Assembly: GCA_016788295.1 (NCBI GenBank)
Contig: JAEUSY010000021.1
Span: 1,417 to 65,416 of the forward strand
Direction of reading: 5' to 3'
Length of the DNA stretch: 64,000 nt
Origin: Flavobacteriales bacterium
GTDB taxonomy: Bacteria; Bacteroidota; Bacteroidia; Flavobacteriales_F; PHOS-HE28
Shown here: positions 1 through 9,228 of the stretch, one piece after another
Numbering within the stretch: position 1 is the stretch's first letter
How the letters are laid out: every line of letters begins with the position of its first letter
The notes under the pieces: generated by a model
The model's input: only the letters and a program-made list of their open reading frames with translations
Told to the model about the DNA's origin: nothing
Databases searched by the model: none
Made by a program: the position numbers and the translations under genes

Positions 1-47
1 CATTTGTGGTGTGAACGCATCGTTAATGAACTGAAACACCGCTTACG

Positions 48-413
48 ATGTCTACTAGCAACATCATCTGGCAGGCCCTGAGCGACACCCAGGCGGTGGA
101 GCGGCTGGGCGCGGAGCTGCGGCGCATGCGGCTGGAGCGCAACCTGAGCCAGGCCGAGGTGGCCACCCGCGCCGGCCTGGATCGCACCACCGTGGTGAAG
201 TTGGAGGCTGGTCGCGCCGCCACGTTGCTCACCGTGGTGCAGGTGCTGCGCGCCATCGGGAAGCTGGAGGTGCTCGATGGCTTCCACCAGGAGCCGCAGC
301 CCACGCCCTACATGCTGGTGGAGGCGCAGGAGGAGTACCTGAAGACGCAACGCAAACGAGCGGGGCGCAAGAAGCCCACCGTACTGCCACCCAAACCCAA
401 GAGCACATGGTAA
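48..413 (+). CDS. HipB/Y4mF-like XRE-family HTH antitoxin
   Basis: 121 aa; N-terminal HTH 'LRRMRLERNLSQAEVATRAGLDRTTVVKLEAG'; basic tail; stop overlaps start of downstream HipA-family gene (ATGGTAA, 407-413). Confidence 0.7.
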   Translation: MSTSNIIWQALSDTQAVERLGAELRRMRLERNLSQAEVATRAGLDRTTVVKLEAGRAATLLTVVQVLRAIGKLEVLDGFHQEPQPTPYMLVEAQEEYLKTQRKRAGRKKPTVLPPKPKSTW

Positions 414-1909
414 AGGGTGCCTCCAAGGGCAGCGGTCGGATGGTCCGTGCTGCTCTCCTCCGTTCAGACAAGGCGCGACGAGGAGAGCATATCCGGCGGT
501 ATGCGACTGAGGAGCAACGCAGTATGAACGGAGGAGAGCAGCGCGCCCGCAGGGTTGACGCGAAGCGGCAAGGACGCCGATACGAAGCCCTTGGTGGCAC
601 CCTCTGGCATGCCAAGGTGAGCCTGTGGGGCAGGACGGTGGGCCTGGTGGTGTGGGACGACAAGCAACAACGCGCCACCTTCCAGTTCGACCGCGCCTTC
701 ACGCAGAGCGGGCTGGACGTGGCGCCGATCATGATGCCGCTGGGCCAGGCACGCGGGGGCGACGAGGTGTTCAGCTTCGGCGATGTGCGCGACGAGACCT
801 TCCGTGGGCTGCCGGGCCTGCTGGCCGACAGCCTGCCCGACCGCTTCGGCGAGCAGATCCTGAACGCGTGGCTGGCCACCCAGCGGCGCACGCCCGGCAG
901 CGCCAACCCCGTGGAACGCCTGTGCTACACCGGTCGCCGCGGCATGGGCGCGCTGGAGTTCGAGCCGGCGCACAACGAATGGGAGGCGAGCAGCGAAGCG
1001 CTGGAGGTGGAGGAACTAGTGCGCGTGGCGAACAACGTGCTGTACGAGCGCGCCGCGTTCCGGACGAACAACAAGAAGGGGCGCGAGGAAGCCTTGCTGG
1101 ACATCCTGCAGGTGGGCACCTCGGCCGGCGGCGCGCGGGCCAAGGCGATCGTGGCCTTCAACGCAGAGACCGGCGAGGTGCGCAGTGGCCAGATCGACGG
1201 GCTGCCGGGCTTCACCTATTGCCTGATCAAGTTCGACGGGGTAACGAACGAGAAGCTCGGCGACCCCAAGGGCTACGGACGCATCGAGTACGCCTATCAC
1301 CTGATGGCGCGGGCCTGCGGTGTGGAAATGATGCCCTGCCGATTGCTGGAGGAGCACGGTCGAGCGCACTTCCTGACCCAACGCTTCGACCGCGTGCGCG
1401 ATGCGGAAGGCACGGTGCACAAGCTGCACATGGCCACGCTCTGCGGCATCGCGCACCTGGACTACAACCAGCCGCTGGTGCACAGCTACGAGCAGGCCTT
1501 CCAGGTGATGCGCGTGCTGGGCCTGCCCTACCCCGCCGCCACGGAGCTCTTCCGCCGCATGTGCTTCAACGTGGTGGCCATGAACTGCGACGACCACACG
1601 AAGAACATCAGCTTCCTGATGGACCCGCAGGGAGACTGGCACCTGGCCCCGGCCTATGACGTGACCTACGCCTACCACCCGGACAGCCTGTGGCTGCGGC
1701 AGCACCAAATGAGCATCAACGGGAAGCGCACGGGTATCACCCGCGACGACCTGCTGGCCGTGGCGAAGGCCATGAACATCAAGAAGGCCGCGGCGATCAT
1801 CGACGAAGTGAAGGCCGGTGTGCGGAAGTGGAAGACCTTCGCGAAGAAAGCAGCGATGCCCGCGAAGCAGGTGGAGATGATCGGGAAGATGCACCTGACG
1901 AGGATCTGA
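407..1909 (+). CDS. hipA: HipA-family Ser/Thr kinase (type II TA toxin)
   Basis: 500 aa; HipA-like N-terminal coupling region then kinase core 'CLIKFDG...', 'NCDDHTKNISFLMDPQGDWHLAPAYDVTYAYHP' (HipA C-terminal catalytic motif); start could also be 440 or 524. Confidence 0.8.
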   Translation: MVKGASKGSGRMVRAALLRSDKARRGEHIRRYATEEQRSMNGGEQRARRVDAKRQGRRYEALGGTLWHAKVSLWGRTVGLVVWDDKQQRATFQFDRAFTQSGLDVAPIMMPLGQARGGDEVFSFGDVRDETFRGLPGLLADSLPDRFGEQILNAWLATQRRTPGSANPVERLCYTGRRGMGALEFEPAHNEWEASSEALEVEELVRVANNVLYERAAFRTNNKKGREEALLDILQVGTSAGGARAKAIVAFNAETGEVRSGQIDGLPGFTYCLIKFDGVTNEKLGDPKGYGRIEYAYHLMARACGVEMMPCRLLEEHGRAHFLTQRFDRVRDAEGTVHKLHMATLCGIAHLDYNQPLVHSYEQAFQVMRVLGLPYPAATELFRRMCFNVVAMNCDDHTKNISFLMDPQGDWHLAPAYDVTYAYHPDSLWLRQHQMSINGKRTGITRDDLLAVAKAMNIKKAAAIIDEVKAGVRKWKTFAKKAAMPAKQVEMIGKMHLTRI

Positions 1910-1915
1910 ACACCC

Positions 1916-2554
1916 ATGGAACGTCCGCAACACCTCCCCGCCCCCGCCTTCTTCCAACGCCCACGCCCCACGGCCGATCGCCCGCTGGTGGTGATGATGA
2001 GCGCCTGCCTCGGCGGCATCCACTGCGGCGTGGACGGCAGCGCCAATGGCGACCACACCCCGCTCCGCGCCTGGCTGGTGCGTCCGGAAGTGCGGCTGGT
2101 GAAGTTCTGCCCCGAGGACTTCGCGTTCGGTACGCCGCGCATGACCCCCGACAGCCACGGTGGCAACGGCTTCGATGTGCTGGACGGCAAGGCGCGCTCA
2201 CTGGCCGAGGACGGTACGGACTGGACCGAAGGCATGGTACGGGCCGCGTACGAAATGCGCGACCGGGCCCTGCGCGAGCAAGTGGATGTAGCGATCCTGA
2301 TGGACGTCAGCGGTGCGTGCGGCAGCACGGTGACCTACCGGGGCTCGCGCTTCGCCCCGAACAAGGTGTACCAGCAAGGGCCCGGTGTGGCGGCCGCAGC
2401 ACTGATCCGCGCGGGCATACCGGTGATCTCGCAGCGCGACGACCGCTCGCTGCGCCTGCTGCGCAACCTGCTCGACGGCACACGTACCCTCACAGAGGAA
2501 CGCGACCACTGGGAGAAGGAGTGGTATCAGGAATACTTCGCGCAGCGGCCATGA
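1916..2554 (+). CDS. DUF523 (TudS-like 2-thiouracil/4-thiouridine desulfidase family) protein
   Basis: 212 aa; 'VVMMSACLGGIHCGVDG', 'CPEDFAFGTPRMTP', 'VSGACGS' match the Cys-rich DUF523 pattern (SACLLG..C.YDG / CPE..GG.PTPR / SPSCGS); 7 bp after hipA stop. Confidence 0.55.
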   Translation: MERPQHLPAPAFFQRPRPTADRPLVVMMSACLGGIHCGVDGSANGDHTPLRAWLVRPEVRLVKFCPEDFAFGTPRMTPDSHGGNGFDVLDGKARSLAEDGTDWTEGMVRAAYEMRDRALREQVDVAILMDVSGACGSTVTYRGSRFAPNKVYQQGPGVAAAALIRAGIPVISQRDDRSLRLLRNLLDGTRTLTEERDHWEKEWYQEYFAQRP

Positions 2555-2805
2555 GCAAACACAAACTCGACCTCCACGACATCTTCAACAAGGGTTCGCA
2601 GATCGACGATGCCTTGCGCGAAGCCATGGAGTTCTGCATCGACCGCCGCATCGAGATGCTGGAGATCATCCCCGGCAAGGGCAGCGGGCAGTTGAAGAAG
2701 AAGGTGTTGCGCTTCCTCCAGCTGCCGGAGGTGAAGAAGACCTACCACCGCATCGACAAGGACCGCGACAACTTCGGGCGGCTGTTCGTGCGCTTCAAGC
2801 ATTGA
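2551..2805 (+). CDS. Smr-domain protein
   Basis: 84 aa; 'LDLHDIFN...EIIPGKGSGQLKKKVLRFLQLPEV' is the Smr pattern (DLHG..IIHGKG..L...V..WL); ATGA overlap with DUF523 stop. Confidence 0.6.
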   Translation: MSKHKLDLHDIFNKGSQIDDALREAMEFCIDRRIEMLEIIPGKGSGQLKKKVLRFLQLPEVKKTYHRIDKDRDNFGRLFVRFKH

Positions 2806-2808
2806 GCC

Positions 2809-3492
2809 TCATGGCCGCATCGCGAACCACAGGTGATGCTTGGTGCCTTTGTCGCGGTGCGCGAAGACCTTCTTCTCGTCCACCCGAAAACCCGCCATGC
2901 CCAACCGACGCGTGAACGGGTCGTGCGGATGGGTGGACCATACGGCGAGCACTCCGCCCGGGCGAAGCGCATTATAAGCCGAACGCAGCCCCCGGTGTGA
3001 ATACAGGCGATTGTTCCGGGGTTGGGTCAAGCCTTCAGGTCCATTGTCCGTATCGAGCAGGATAGCGTCATAGCTCCCGTTGCCGGCGCGGATCAATTCA
3101 AGGACATCTCCTTGATGCACCACCGTGCGCGGATCGCTGAGCGGGTTACCCGAACGCTCGCCCATGGGTCCTTGGTTCCACTTGATGACCTCGGGCACCA
3201 GTTCGGCCACGATCACCCTGCCTTTGTTTCCCACCAGGCGCAACACGGCCGCCAGCGTAAAACCCATGCCCAGACCACCAATGACCACATGAGCCTCGGA
3301 AGGCGTGCGCAAGCGTTGAAGCGCCAGATCGGCCAAGGCATCCTCGGACCCATGTATGGCGGTGGACATTAGCTCGCCGGAAATGCCGGCCACCTCGATG
3401 GAGAATTCATCGCCGCGCTGGTAGAGCAGCAATTCGCCGCCGTTATCAGGGATCTGTGCCCGGTCCAAGAGCTTGTTGATGCGCATCTTCAT
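2809..3492 (-). CDS. spermidine-synthase-like (PABS/MTase fold) protein
   Basis: ~227 aa; 'VVIGGLGMGFTLAAVLRLVGNKGRVIVAELVPEVIKW...YDAILLDTDNGPEG' resembles the spermine/spermidine synthase fold; start chosen at MKMRINKLL. Confidence 0.45.
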   Translation of the reverse strand: MKMRINKLLDRAQIPDNGGELLLYQRGDEFSIEVAGISGELMSTAIHGSEDALADLALQRLRTPSEAHVVIGGLGMGFTLAAVLRLVGNKGRVIVAELVPEVIKWNQGPMGERSGNPLSDPRTVVHQGDVLELIRAGNGSYDAILLDTDNGPEGLTQPRNNRLYSHRGLRSAYNALRPGGVLAVWSTHPHDPFTRRLGMAGFRVDEKKVFAHRDKGTKHHLWFAMRP

Positions 3493-3584
3493 CGGTGAAG
3501 CCCGTGCGCATGAGAGGCACAACGGCGGCGCAAGGTCCGATATGCACTCGACATGTCGATCACGCCAAGGTCAGCGCGGATCGA

Positions 3585-3998
3585 TCAACCCTTGGTGCTT
3601 CTGCGAAAGTCCTCGACCATGCGGCCATGGTCGAACCCCATTTCCACCACTTCACCGCGATCCAACCAGCGATGCGCGCGGGCTTCGCTGGTGACCTGAA
3701 GCGATCCGCCCACGACCACGGCATGAAACGCAATGCTGACGAAAGACCCACGCGGGTCACGGCCGGGAGTGGAGTAAATTCCGACCTGCCGCAGTATCCG
3801 TACCTGCAGCCCCACCTCCTCCTCCACCTCACGCACGCAGGCTGCCTCAACGGTCTCGCCGGGATCCACGAAACCTCCGGGAAGCACCCAAGTTCCTTTG
3901 AATGGCTCTGTGCCCCGCTCCATGAGCAGAATACGCCCTTCGTCATCGGTAACGACCGCATCAACGGTCAGAACGACACGGTCCTCGCGAGGGGTCAT
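3585..3998 (-). CDS. NUDIX hydrolase
   Basis: 137 aa; Nudix box 'GGFVDPGETVEAACVREVEEEVGL'. Confidence 0.85.
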   Translation of the reverse strand: MTPREDRVVLTVDAVVTDDEGRILLMERGTEPFKGTWVLPGGFVDPGETVEAACVREVEEEVGLQVRILRQVGIYSTPGRDPRGSFVSIAFHAVVVGGSLQVTSEARAHRWLDRGEVVEMGFDHGRMVEDFRRSTKG

Positions 3999-4000
3999 GC

Positions 4001-4468
4001 TCAGGCGGCCATCAGGCTTTGCTGCTCCTCAGCCACTCGCTTGAGGCCAACAAGGGCTTCCACCCACTGCTTTCCGGCCTCCCTGGCGCGCCTTACATCC
4101 TGTGGCAGACCGGCATAATCGCCGTGCCAGAGGTGAAGTTGGGTGCGCCCATCGCGTGCAGGCTGGATGCTTATATCCACTGTTGTGTAGCTGGATGGTT
4201 CATCCGGAAGTCCGGTGCTGAGATCAAGCCAGGTGTAGCGCAACCGATCGCTTGGCTGAAAAGCCATCAGTTCGCCCAAGGCCTTAACGGTTTCCACACC
4301 CTCCACCTTCTCGATCCACTGCAATGGTCCGCCGCGTTTCCACAAACTGCGGACATGCCATCCTTCGCGATACAACTTGATAAGCTCGGGTTCGGTAAGT
4401 GCTCGCCAGATCACCTCGGGTGAGGCATTGATGTAGAGCGAGCGTTCGATGATCGTCTCACGTTCCAT
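4001..4468 (-). CDS. SRPBCC / AHSA1-like (activator of Hsp90 ATPase homolog) family protein
   Basis: 155 aa; 'IERSLYINASPEVIWRALTEPELIKLY' is a typical AHSA1/SRPBCC N-terminus. Confidence 0.6.
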   Translation of the reverse strand: MERETIIERSLYINASPEVIWRALTEPELIKLYREGWHVRSLWKRGGPLQWIEKVEGVETVKALGELMAFQPSDRLRYTWLDLSTGLPDEPSSYTTVDISIQPARDGRTQLHLWHGDYAGLPQDVRRAREAGKQWVEALVGLKRVAEEQQSLMAA

Positions 4469-4571
4469 AGTGATCGTGGAACGTCAGGATCCATGCCGAA
4501 CGCATGTCACACGTTCAAAAATGCCAGTCTGTCAGCCAGCTATTCGTGCTTTCCCAATCTGATAACGACCC

Positions 4572-5690
4572 TCACAACTCCTTGACATAGACCCGGTAAC
4601 GCTTCCAGACCACCCCACCCAGCCGTTCGAGTTCCGCCCGCATACGCGTGTTGCTTTCCAGCACCAAATGGCTGTCGAGATGGGTCATTCCCCGGGCCCG
4701 ACCTTCATGGAACAGTTCGCGCCCGAGCACACAGGTGAGCCCTATGCCCTGCAAGTCCTTCCGCACCGCGCCGAGGAACAGGTCCAGCTGTTTGGAACGT
4801 TTCATGGCCCGCATGATATGCCACCAACCGAAGGGGAACAGACGCCCCTTGGCACGTTGCAGGCCCTCGCTCATATCGGGCATGGCCACCACGAAGGCGA
4901 CGGGTTCAAGGCCTTCGGCCACGATCTTGACCAAGGCGGGGTCAAGCACGGGCATGTATTGACCGGCAAGCTTTCGCATCTCGGCCTCGCTCATAGGCGC
5001 GAAACCCAATAGATCGCCATAGGTATCGTTCACCAGTCGCAACACCGGGAGTATCCAAGGTCGCAGGTCGCGCTTGGAGCGCAGGTCGACCACTTGGAAC
5101 CGGCCACTGCGAAGAACCCGATCCGCAATGCGGTCATAGGTTGCGGGCACTTGTGCAGGCACGTCCACTCGGTAGGAAAGTGCATCAGCAAGGGGCCGGT
5201 AACCACAGGCCTCCGTGGCCTTTGGAAGGTGCTCTGCATTCGTGGGGGTGGCCAATACCGGTAGATGCTCGAAGCCTTTAACTTGGAACCCTTGCGGATC
5301 CTTATCGCTGAATCCATAGGGGCCTATGACCCGGTCCATACCGCGCTCTCGTGCCCAACGCTCCACGTTATCCAGAAGCGCACGGACCACGGCAGGATCG
5401 TTCACGGCGTCCAGTTGGAAGAACCGCGCCGTGCGTTCCTCATGGCGCCGGTTGTAGGATCCGTGAATAATGCCCATCACCCTGCCAACGATCCGGCCAT
5501 CGCGTTCGGCCAGCCAATGCGTCACTTCGCAATCCATGGAACCAAGGTTCCGATGCGGGTCATGAAGCTCGCGCTCATCGGCGAGCAGCGGAGGGACCTG
5601 GTTCGGACGGCGGTCGGCCAAGTGCAGGGGAAGTGTGATGAAGCGCTCCAGTTCCCTGGCACCTTTTATCGGCCGCACGGTGATAGGCAT
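4572..5690 (-). CDS. GNAT-family acetyltransferase-like protein (long form)
   Basis: 372 aa; uncharacterised family resembling long GNAT proteins; no signal peptide. Confidence 0.45.
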   Translation of the reverse strand: MPITVRPIKGARELERFITLPLHLADRRPNQVPPLLADERELHDPHRNLGSMDCEVTHWLAERDGRIVGRVMGIIHGSYNRRHEERTARFFQLDAVNDPAVVRALLDNVERWARERGMDRVIGPYGFSDKDPQGFQVKGFEHLPVLATPTNAEHLPKATEACGYRPLADALSYRVDVPAQVPATYDRIADRVLRSGRFQVVDLRSKRDLRPWILPVLRLVNDTYGDLLGFAPMSEAEMRKLAGQYMPVLDPALVKIVAEGLEPVAFVVAMPDMSEGLQRAKGRLFPFGWWHIMRAMKRSKQLDLFLGAVRKDLQGIGLTCVLGRELFHEGRARGMTHLDSHLVLESNTRMRAELERLGGVVWKRYRVYVKEL

Positions 5691-5943
5691 GCACGAAGGT
5701 GGTGGATCCGATTACAACCTGGACACAAGCTGGACAACTGGTCATTCCAGGCCACCCAGATAATTGCGAACGACTGACATACAGTCAATTAGCCCTTGGA
5801 CTAAGGCGTACGAATTCCATTTAAGCGGCAAGTCCTTCACACGTTACGGGTTGGGATCTTAGTGATGGATAGTTAACATTGCGATCCCCCATGCTACTCG
5901 ACCCGCATGGGGATCAGTGAAGTTGAACCTCTAAACAGAACGA

Positions 5944-7632
5944 ATGATGAAAAAGACACTACTCGGATGTGGTCTCTTCTTGGCGGCGATGGCCGTACAG
6001 GCACAGATCACCACCTACGTGCTACAGCCGGCTTCGCTGGAAGGAGCACTGGAATTCACTTGGGCGGACAATTGGGGTGCCACGCCCGACCTGAACGATC
6101 CTGCCAACACCATTCAAGGCTTCGCAGCCTTTGTGAATGATGGCACAGCAGCTGACTCACTTGGGTGCAACACGTTGGTCAACAACGCTGAACTGGCCGG
6201 CAAGATCGCCGTGGTGTATCGTGGCACCTGCGAGTTCGGCCTAAAGGCACTGAACGCCCAGACGGCTGGCGCGATCGGGGTCGTCATCATCAACAACCAA
6301 GGCACTCCGATCGCCATGGGTGGTGGTGCGAACGGTGCGAACGTGACCATTCCCGTTGTGATGATCTCCACGGATGCCGGTGCGACCTTGTACAACGAGC
6401 TCCTCGCAGGCAATGTGGAAATGCTGATCGGCAGCGTACAGGGCGTGTACGAGTTCAACCTGCACACCTCATCCAAGCTCGCTTCCATCCCTCAGTACAG
6501 CGCCATGCCAGGTCCCTTGGCCAATGCGATCAACTTCTCGGTGGACATGGGTAGCTGGATCAAGAACTTCGGTTCAGCAGACCAGTCTGATGTTACGGTG
6601 AACTGTGTGGTTACGCAGAACGGTACCGAGGTATACAATAACACCTCTGATGCCGGTTCGATCCTAAGCGGAGACAGCGCATTCTTTGCCCTGCCAGCAT
6701 TCACGCAATCCACATGGAGCGGCTATTACGAGGCCACCTACACGGTTTCCTCACCCAATGCGGATAACTTCCCGAGCGACGACACCTTCGGGTTCAATTT
6801 CTACGCTGGCGACGTGTTCGCCTATGGCCGCATCGACGCAACGACACTTCAGCCCCGTGCCGAGCAGCATGTACGTGCCACTCTTGACGCACCGAGCTTC
6901 ATGGCTTGTTCCTACTTCAGCCACCCGAATGCCAGCGGCTACAAGGTTGAAGGTATCTACACCTCGGCCTCGAAGTCCGGTGGAGCCAGCATGGACGGCG
7001 AAGTGCTCGAAGCCCGTATCTACGAGTGGGCTGATGTGTTCACCGGCTGGAATGATGCCACCACGACCAATATTGTTCTTCTTCAACTCGGAGAGTACTT
7101 CTACGAAGAAGACCTCGGTGGTCAAGTGGTTTATATCCCCTTCACGGAGACCTTCCAGATGGAGGACAACAAGAAGTACCTGTTCTGCAGCTTCTCACCT
7201 TCCACCGATGTTTTCCTTGGCTTCGGTGAATCGCTGGATTACAACAGGATCCAGACCCAGTTGGACCAACCGATCTACCTGATGAACGACAACGGCACCT
7301 GGGGTTCATTCAACGATGCAACGCACACCACCATTGGAGCCAAAATGGTTCCTGCCGATGTGAGCGTGAACGATGCCGATCGCGTGGAGCTCACGCCCTA
7401 CCCGAACCCCACCGCCAATGTGCTTCGCATCCCCTTGACGGGCATGAGCGGTGCAGCCAGCCTGAGCGTGTTCGACCTGACCGGCGCTTTGGTGATGACC
7501 AACAAGGTTGCTATTGGTGGCGACCACACGCTGACCGTGGACCTTCAGTCCCTGGCCAACGGCACCTACATCTTCCGCATGGAATTCGAGAACGGCAAGC
7601 GCTCCGACTTCCGCGTGGTGGTTACCAAGTGA
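5944..7632 (+). CDS. secreted PA-domain protein with T9SS C-terminal sorting domain
   Basis: signal peptide 'MMKKTLLGCGLFLAAMAVQAQ'; PA-domain-like 'KIAVVYRGTCEFGLKALNAQTAGAIGVVIINN'; C-terminus 'YPNPTANVLRI...GTYIFRMEFENGKRSDFRVVVTK' (Por_Secre_tail type A). Confidence 0.7.
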   Translation: MMKKTLLGCGLFLAAMAVQAQITTYVLQPASLEGALEFTWADNWGATPDLNDPANTIQGFAAFVNDGTAADSLGCNTLVNNAELAGKIAVVYRGTCEFGLKALNAQTAGAIGVVIINNQGTPIAMGGGANGANVTIPVVMISTDAGATLYNELLAGNVEMLIGSVQGVYEFNLHTSSKLASIPQYSAMPGPLANAINFSVDMGSWIKNFGSADQSDVTVNCVVTQNGTEVYNNTSDAGSILSGDSAFFALPAFTQSTWSGYYEATYTVSSPNADNFPSDDTFGFNFYAGDVFAYGRIDATTLQPRAEQHVRATLDAPSFMACSYFSHPNASGYKVEGIYTSASKSGGASMDGEVLEARIYEWADVFTGWNDATTTNIVLLQLGEYFYEEDLGGQVVYIPFTETFQMEDNKKYLFCSFSPSTDVFLGFGESLDYNRIQTQLDQPIYLMNDNGTWGSFNDATHTTIGAKMVPADVSVNDADRVELTPYPNPTANVLRIPLTGMSGAASLSVFDLTGALVMTNKVAIGGDHTLTVDLQSLANGTYIFRMEFENGKRSDFRVVVTK

Positions 7633-7653
7633 TCATTACTGCCTAATGCTCTT

Positions 7654-7690
7654 AAGGGCGCGGCTCCGCAAGGGCCGCGCCCTTTGCTTT
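7654..7690 (+). terminator. rho-independent terminator hairpin
   Basis: AAGGGCGCGGC-tccgcaaggg-GCCGCGCCCTT followed by TGCTTT, 22 nt after the stop at 7632. Confidence 0.6.
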
Positions 7691-7739
7691 GGCATGATCA
7701 GCATCGAATCGGACCTTTGCCCTCGAACACATCCACATC

Positions 7740-8231
7740 ATGCCCAGCTTCGACATACTCTCCAAAGTGGACATTCAGATGCTCGACAACGCCATTAACG
7801 TGGTGAAGCGCGAGATCGACACCCGATATGATCTGCGTGGCACCAACACCACCATTGAACTTGACAAGAAAGCGTTGACGATCCGATTGAGCACGGACGA
7901 CCACATGAAGCTGGACTCGGTACTGGATGTTCTTCTGGAGCGCTCAGGCAAACAAAAAGTGGATGTTCGGAGCTACGACCTTAACGAGGAGCCCGTACCC
8001 AGCGGCAAGTCGCTCTACCGGATCATCAGGGTGAAGCAGGGCATTGAACGGGAGACCGCGAAGAAGATCGTGAAGGCCATCAAGGACAGTGGCCTGAAAG
8101 TGCAGCCCCAGATCATGGATGACATGATCCGTGTGAACGGAAAGAAGATCGATGACCTGCAGGCAGTGATGGCCCTGTGCCGGGAGCAGGACTTCGAGCT
8201 GCCGCTTCAGTTCGAGAACATGAAGAGCTGA
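7740..8231 (+). CDS. yajQ: YajQ-family nucleotide (c-di-GMP)-binding protein
   Basis: 163 aa; 'MPSFDILSKVDIQMLDNAINVVKREIDTRYDLRGT' is the canonical YajQ/UPF0234 N-terminus. Confidence 0.9.
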   Translation: MPSFDILSKVDIQMLDNAINVVKREIDTRYDLRGTNTTIELDKKALTIRLSTDDHMKLDSVLDVLLERSGKQKVDVRSYDLNEEPVPSGKSLYRIIRVKQGIERETAKKIVKAIKDSGLKVQPQIMDDMIRVNGKKIDDLQAVMALCREQDFELPLQFENMKS

Positions 8232-8234
8232 ACC

Positions 8235-9182
8235 ATGGCGCGCAAGAGGCAGCGAAAGGAGCACTGCCCCAACTGTGATACAGCGCTGCCTGAGGGCACC
8301 AATTTCTGCCCCAACTGCGGCCAGGAGAACCATACCCATAAACTGCCGGTACGCCATTTCATCATCGAATGGCTTTCGGGTATGTTCAACTTCGACACCA
8401 AGCTGCTGCGCACCCTGCGAGACCTCGTCTGGCCGCCGGGCACAGTGATCCGCGAATTCAATGCGAACAGGCGCATTCGGTATGTTCATCCCCTGCGGAT
8501 CTACTTGTTCACCAGCCTGTTGTTCTTTCTACTGGTGGCGGTTTTGACCAGCAGCCTCCAGGATGGCGAAGGGCCTGCGATCGTTGTGAACGGCTCGGAG
8601 GTAGAACAGGCGGACGGACTGCGGCTGGAGCTTGGGGATGGGAGCAGCGTGGAGGATAGCACGCTGGTGGCGCTCTCCGCCTACAACACCTTAACGAACG
8701 AGCTTATAGACAGCACGCTACTGGCCCATGGCGCTATGCCGAGCCTGATAAATAGGACCGTCATACGTCTGGCGCTCAACCTGAGCGGGAACAGCCTGCG
8801 AAAGGAAGCCTTCGTGCAACAATTGTTCAGCAGCTTCAGCAAGGTCCTCTTTGCGCTGGTGCCTTTGTTCGCTGCCTTGCTCATGGGCCTGTTCTGGCGC
8901 ACCGGCAAGTTCTACACGGAGCACCTCGTCTTCGCATTGTACTTCCACACCTTCCTGTTCCTTCTGCTCGGGATGAGCATGGCGATAGACCAGTGGTCCG
9001 ATGTCAAGACAACAACAACACTGTTACCCGTTCTGGCCATGGTCCATCTGGTCTGGTCGGTACGTACGGTGCACGGAAGAGGTTGGTGGGGCAGCATATG
9101 GCGGGGTATGCTCCTGTCGATACTTTATTCCATCTTGGTCCTTGTCGGCTTGGCCGCTGCGGCCATCATTAGCTCGCTATAA
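8235..9182 (+). CDS. DUF3667-like zinc-ribbon membrane protein
   Basis: 315 aa; N-terminal 'CPNCDTALPEGTNFCPNCGQ' zinc ribbon, then 'HFIIEWLSGMFNFDTKLLRTLRDL' and several TM helices. Confidence 0.55.
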   Translation: MARKRQRKEHCPNCDTALPEGTNFCPNCGQENHTHKLPVRHFIIEWLSGMFNFDTKLLRTLRDLVWPPGTVIREFNANRRIRYVHPLRIYLFTSLLFFLLVAVLTSSLQDGEGPAIVVNGSEVEQADGLRLELGDGSSVEDSTLVALSAYNTLTNELIDSTLLAHGAMPSLINRTVIRLALNLSGNSLRKEAFVQQLFSSFSKVLFALVPLFAALLMGLFWRTGKFYTEHLVFALYFHTFLFLLLGMSMAIDQWSDVKTTTTLLPVLAMVHLVWSVRTVHGRGWWGSIWRGMLLSILYSILVLVGLAAAAIISSL

Positions 9183-9228
9183 CGAAGCGCGTACAGGCAG
9201 CATCCTGCGGGCTTCGCGCATTCATACC

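Noticed and set aside
625-2328. Long overlapping ORFs in other frames or on the opposite strand across hipA and DUF523 (625..1659 +, 1016..2158 -, 1672..2328 -, 1797..2201 -)
   Set aside because: They are Arg/Ala/Gly/Pro-rich translations typical of alternative frames in about 65% GC DNA, and they fully overlap genes that carry clear family motifs.
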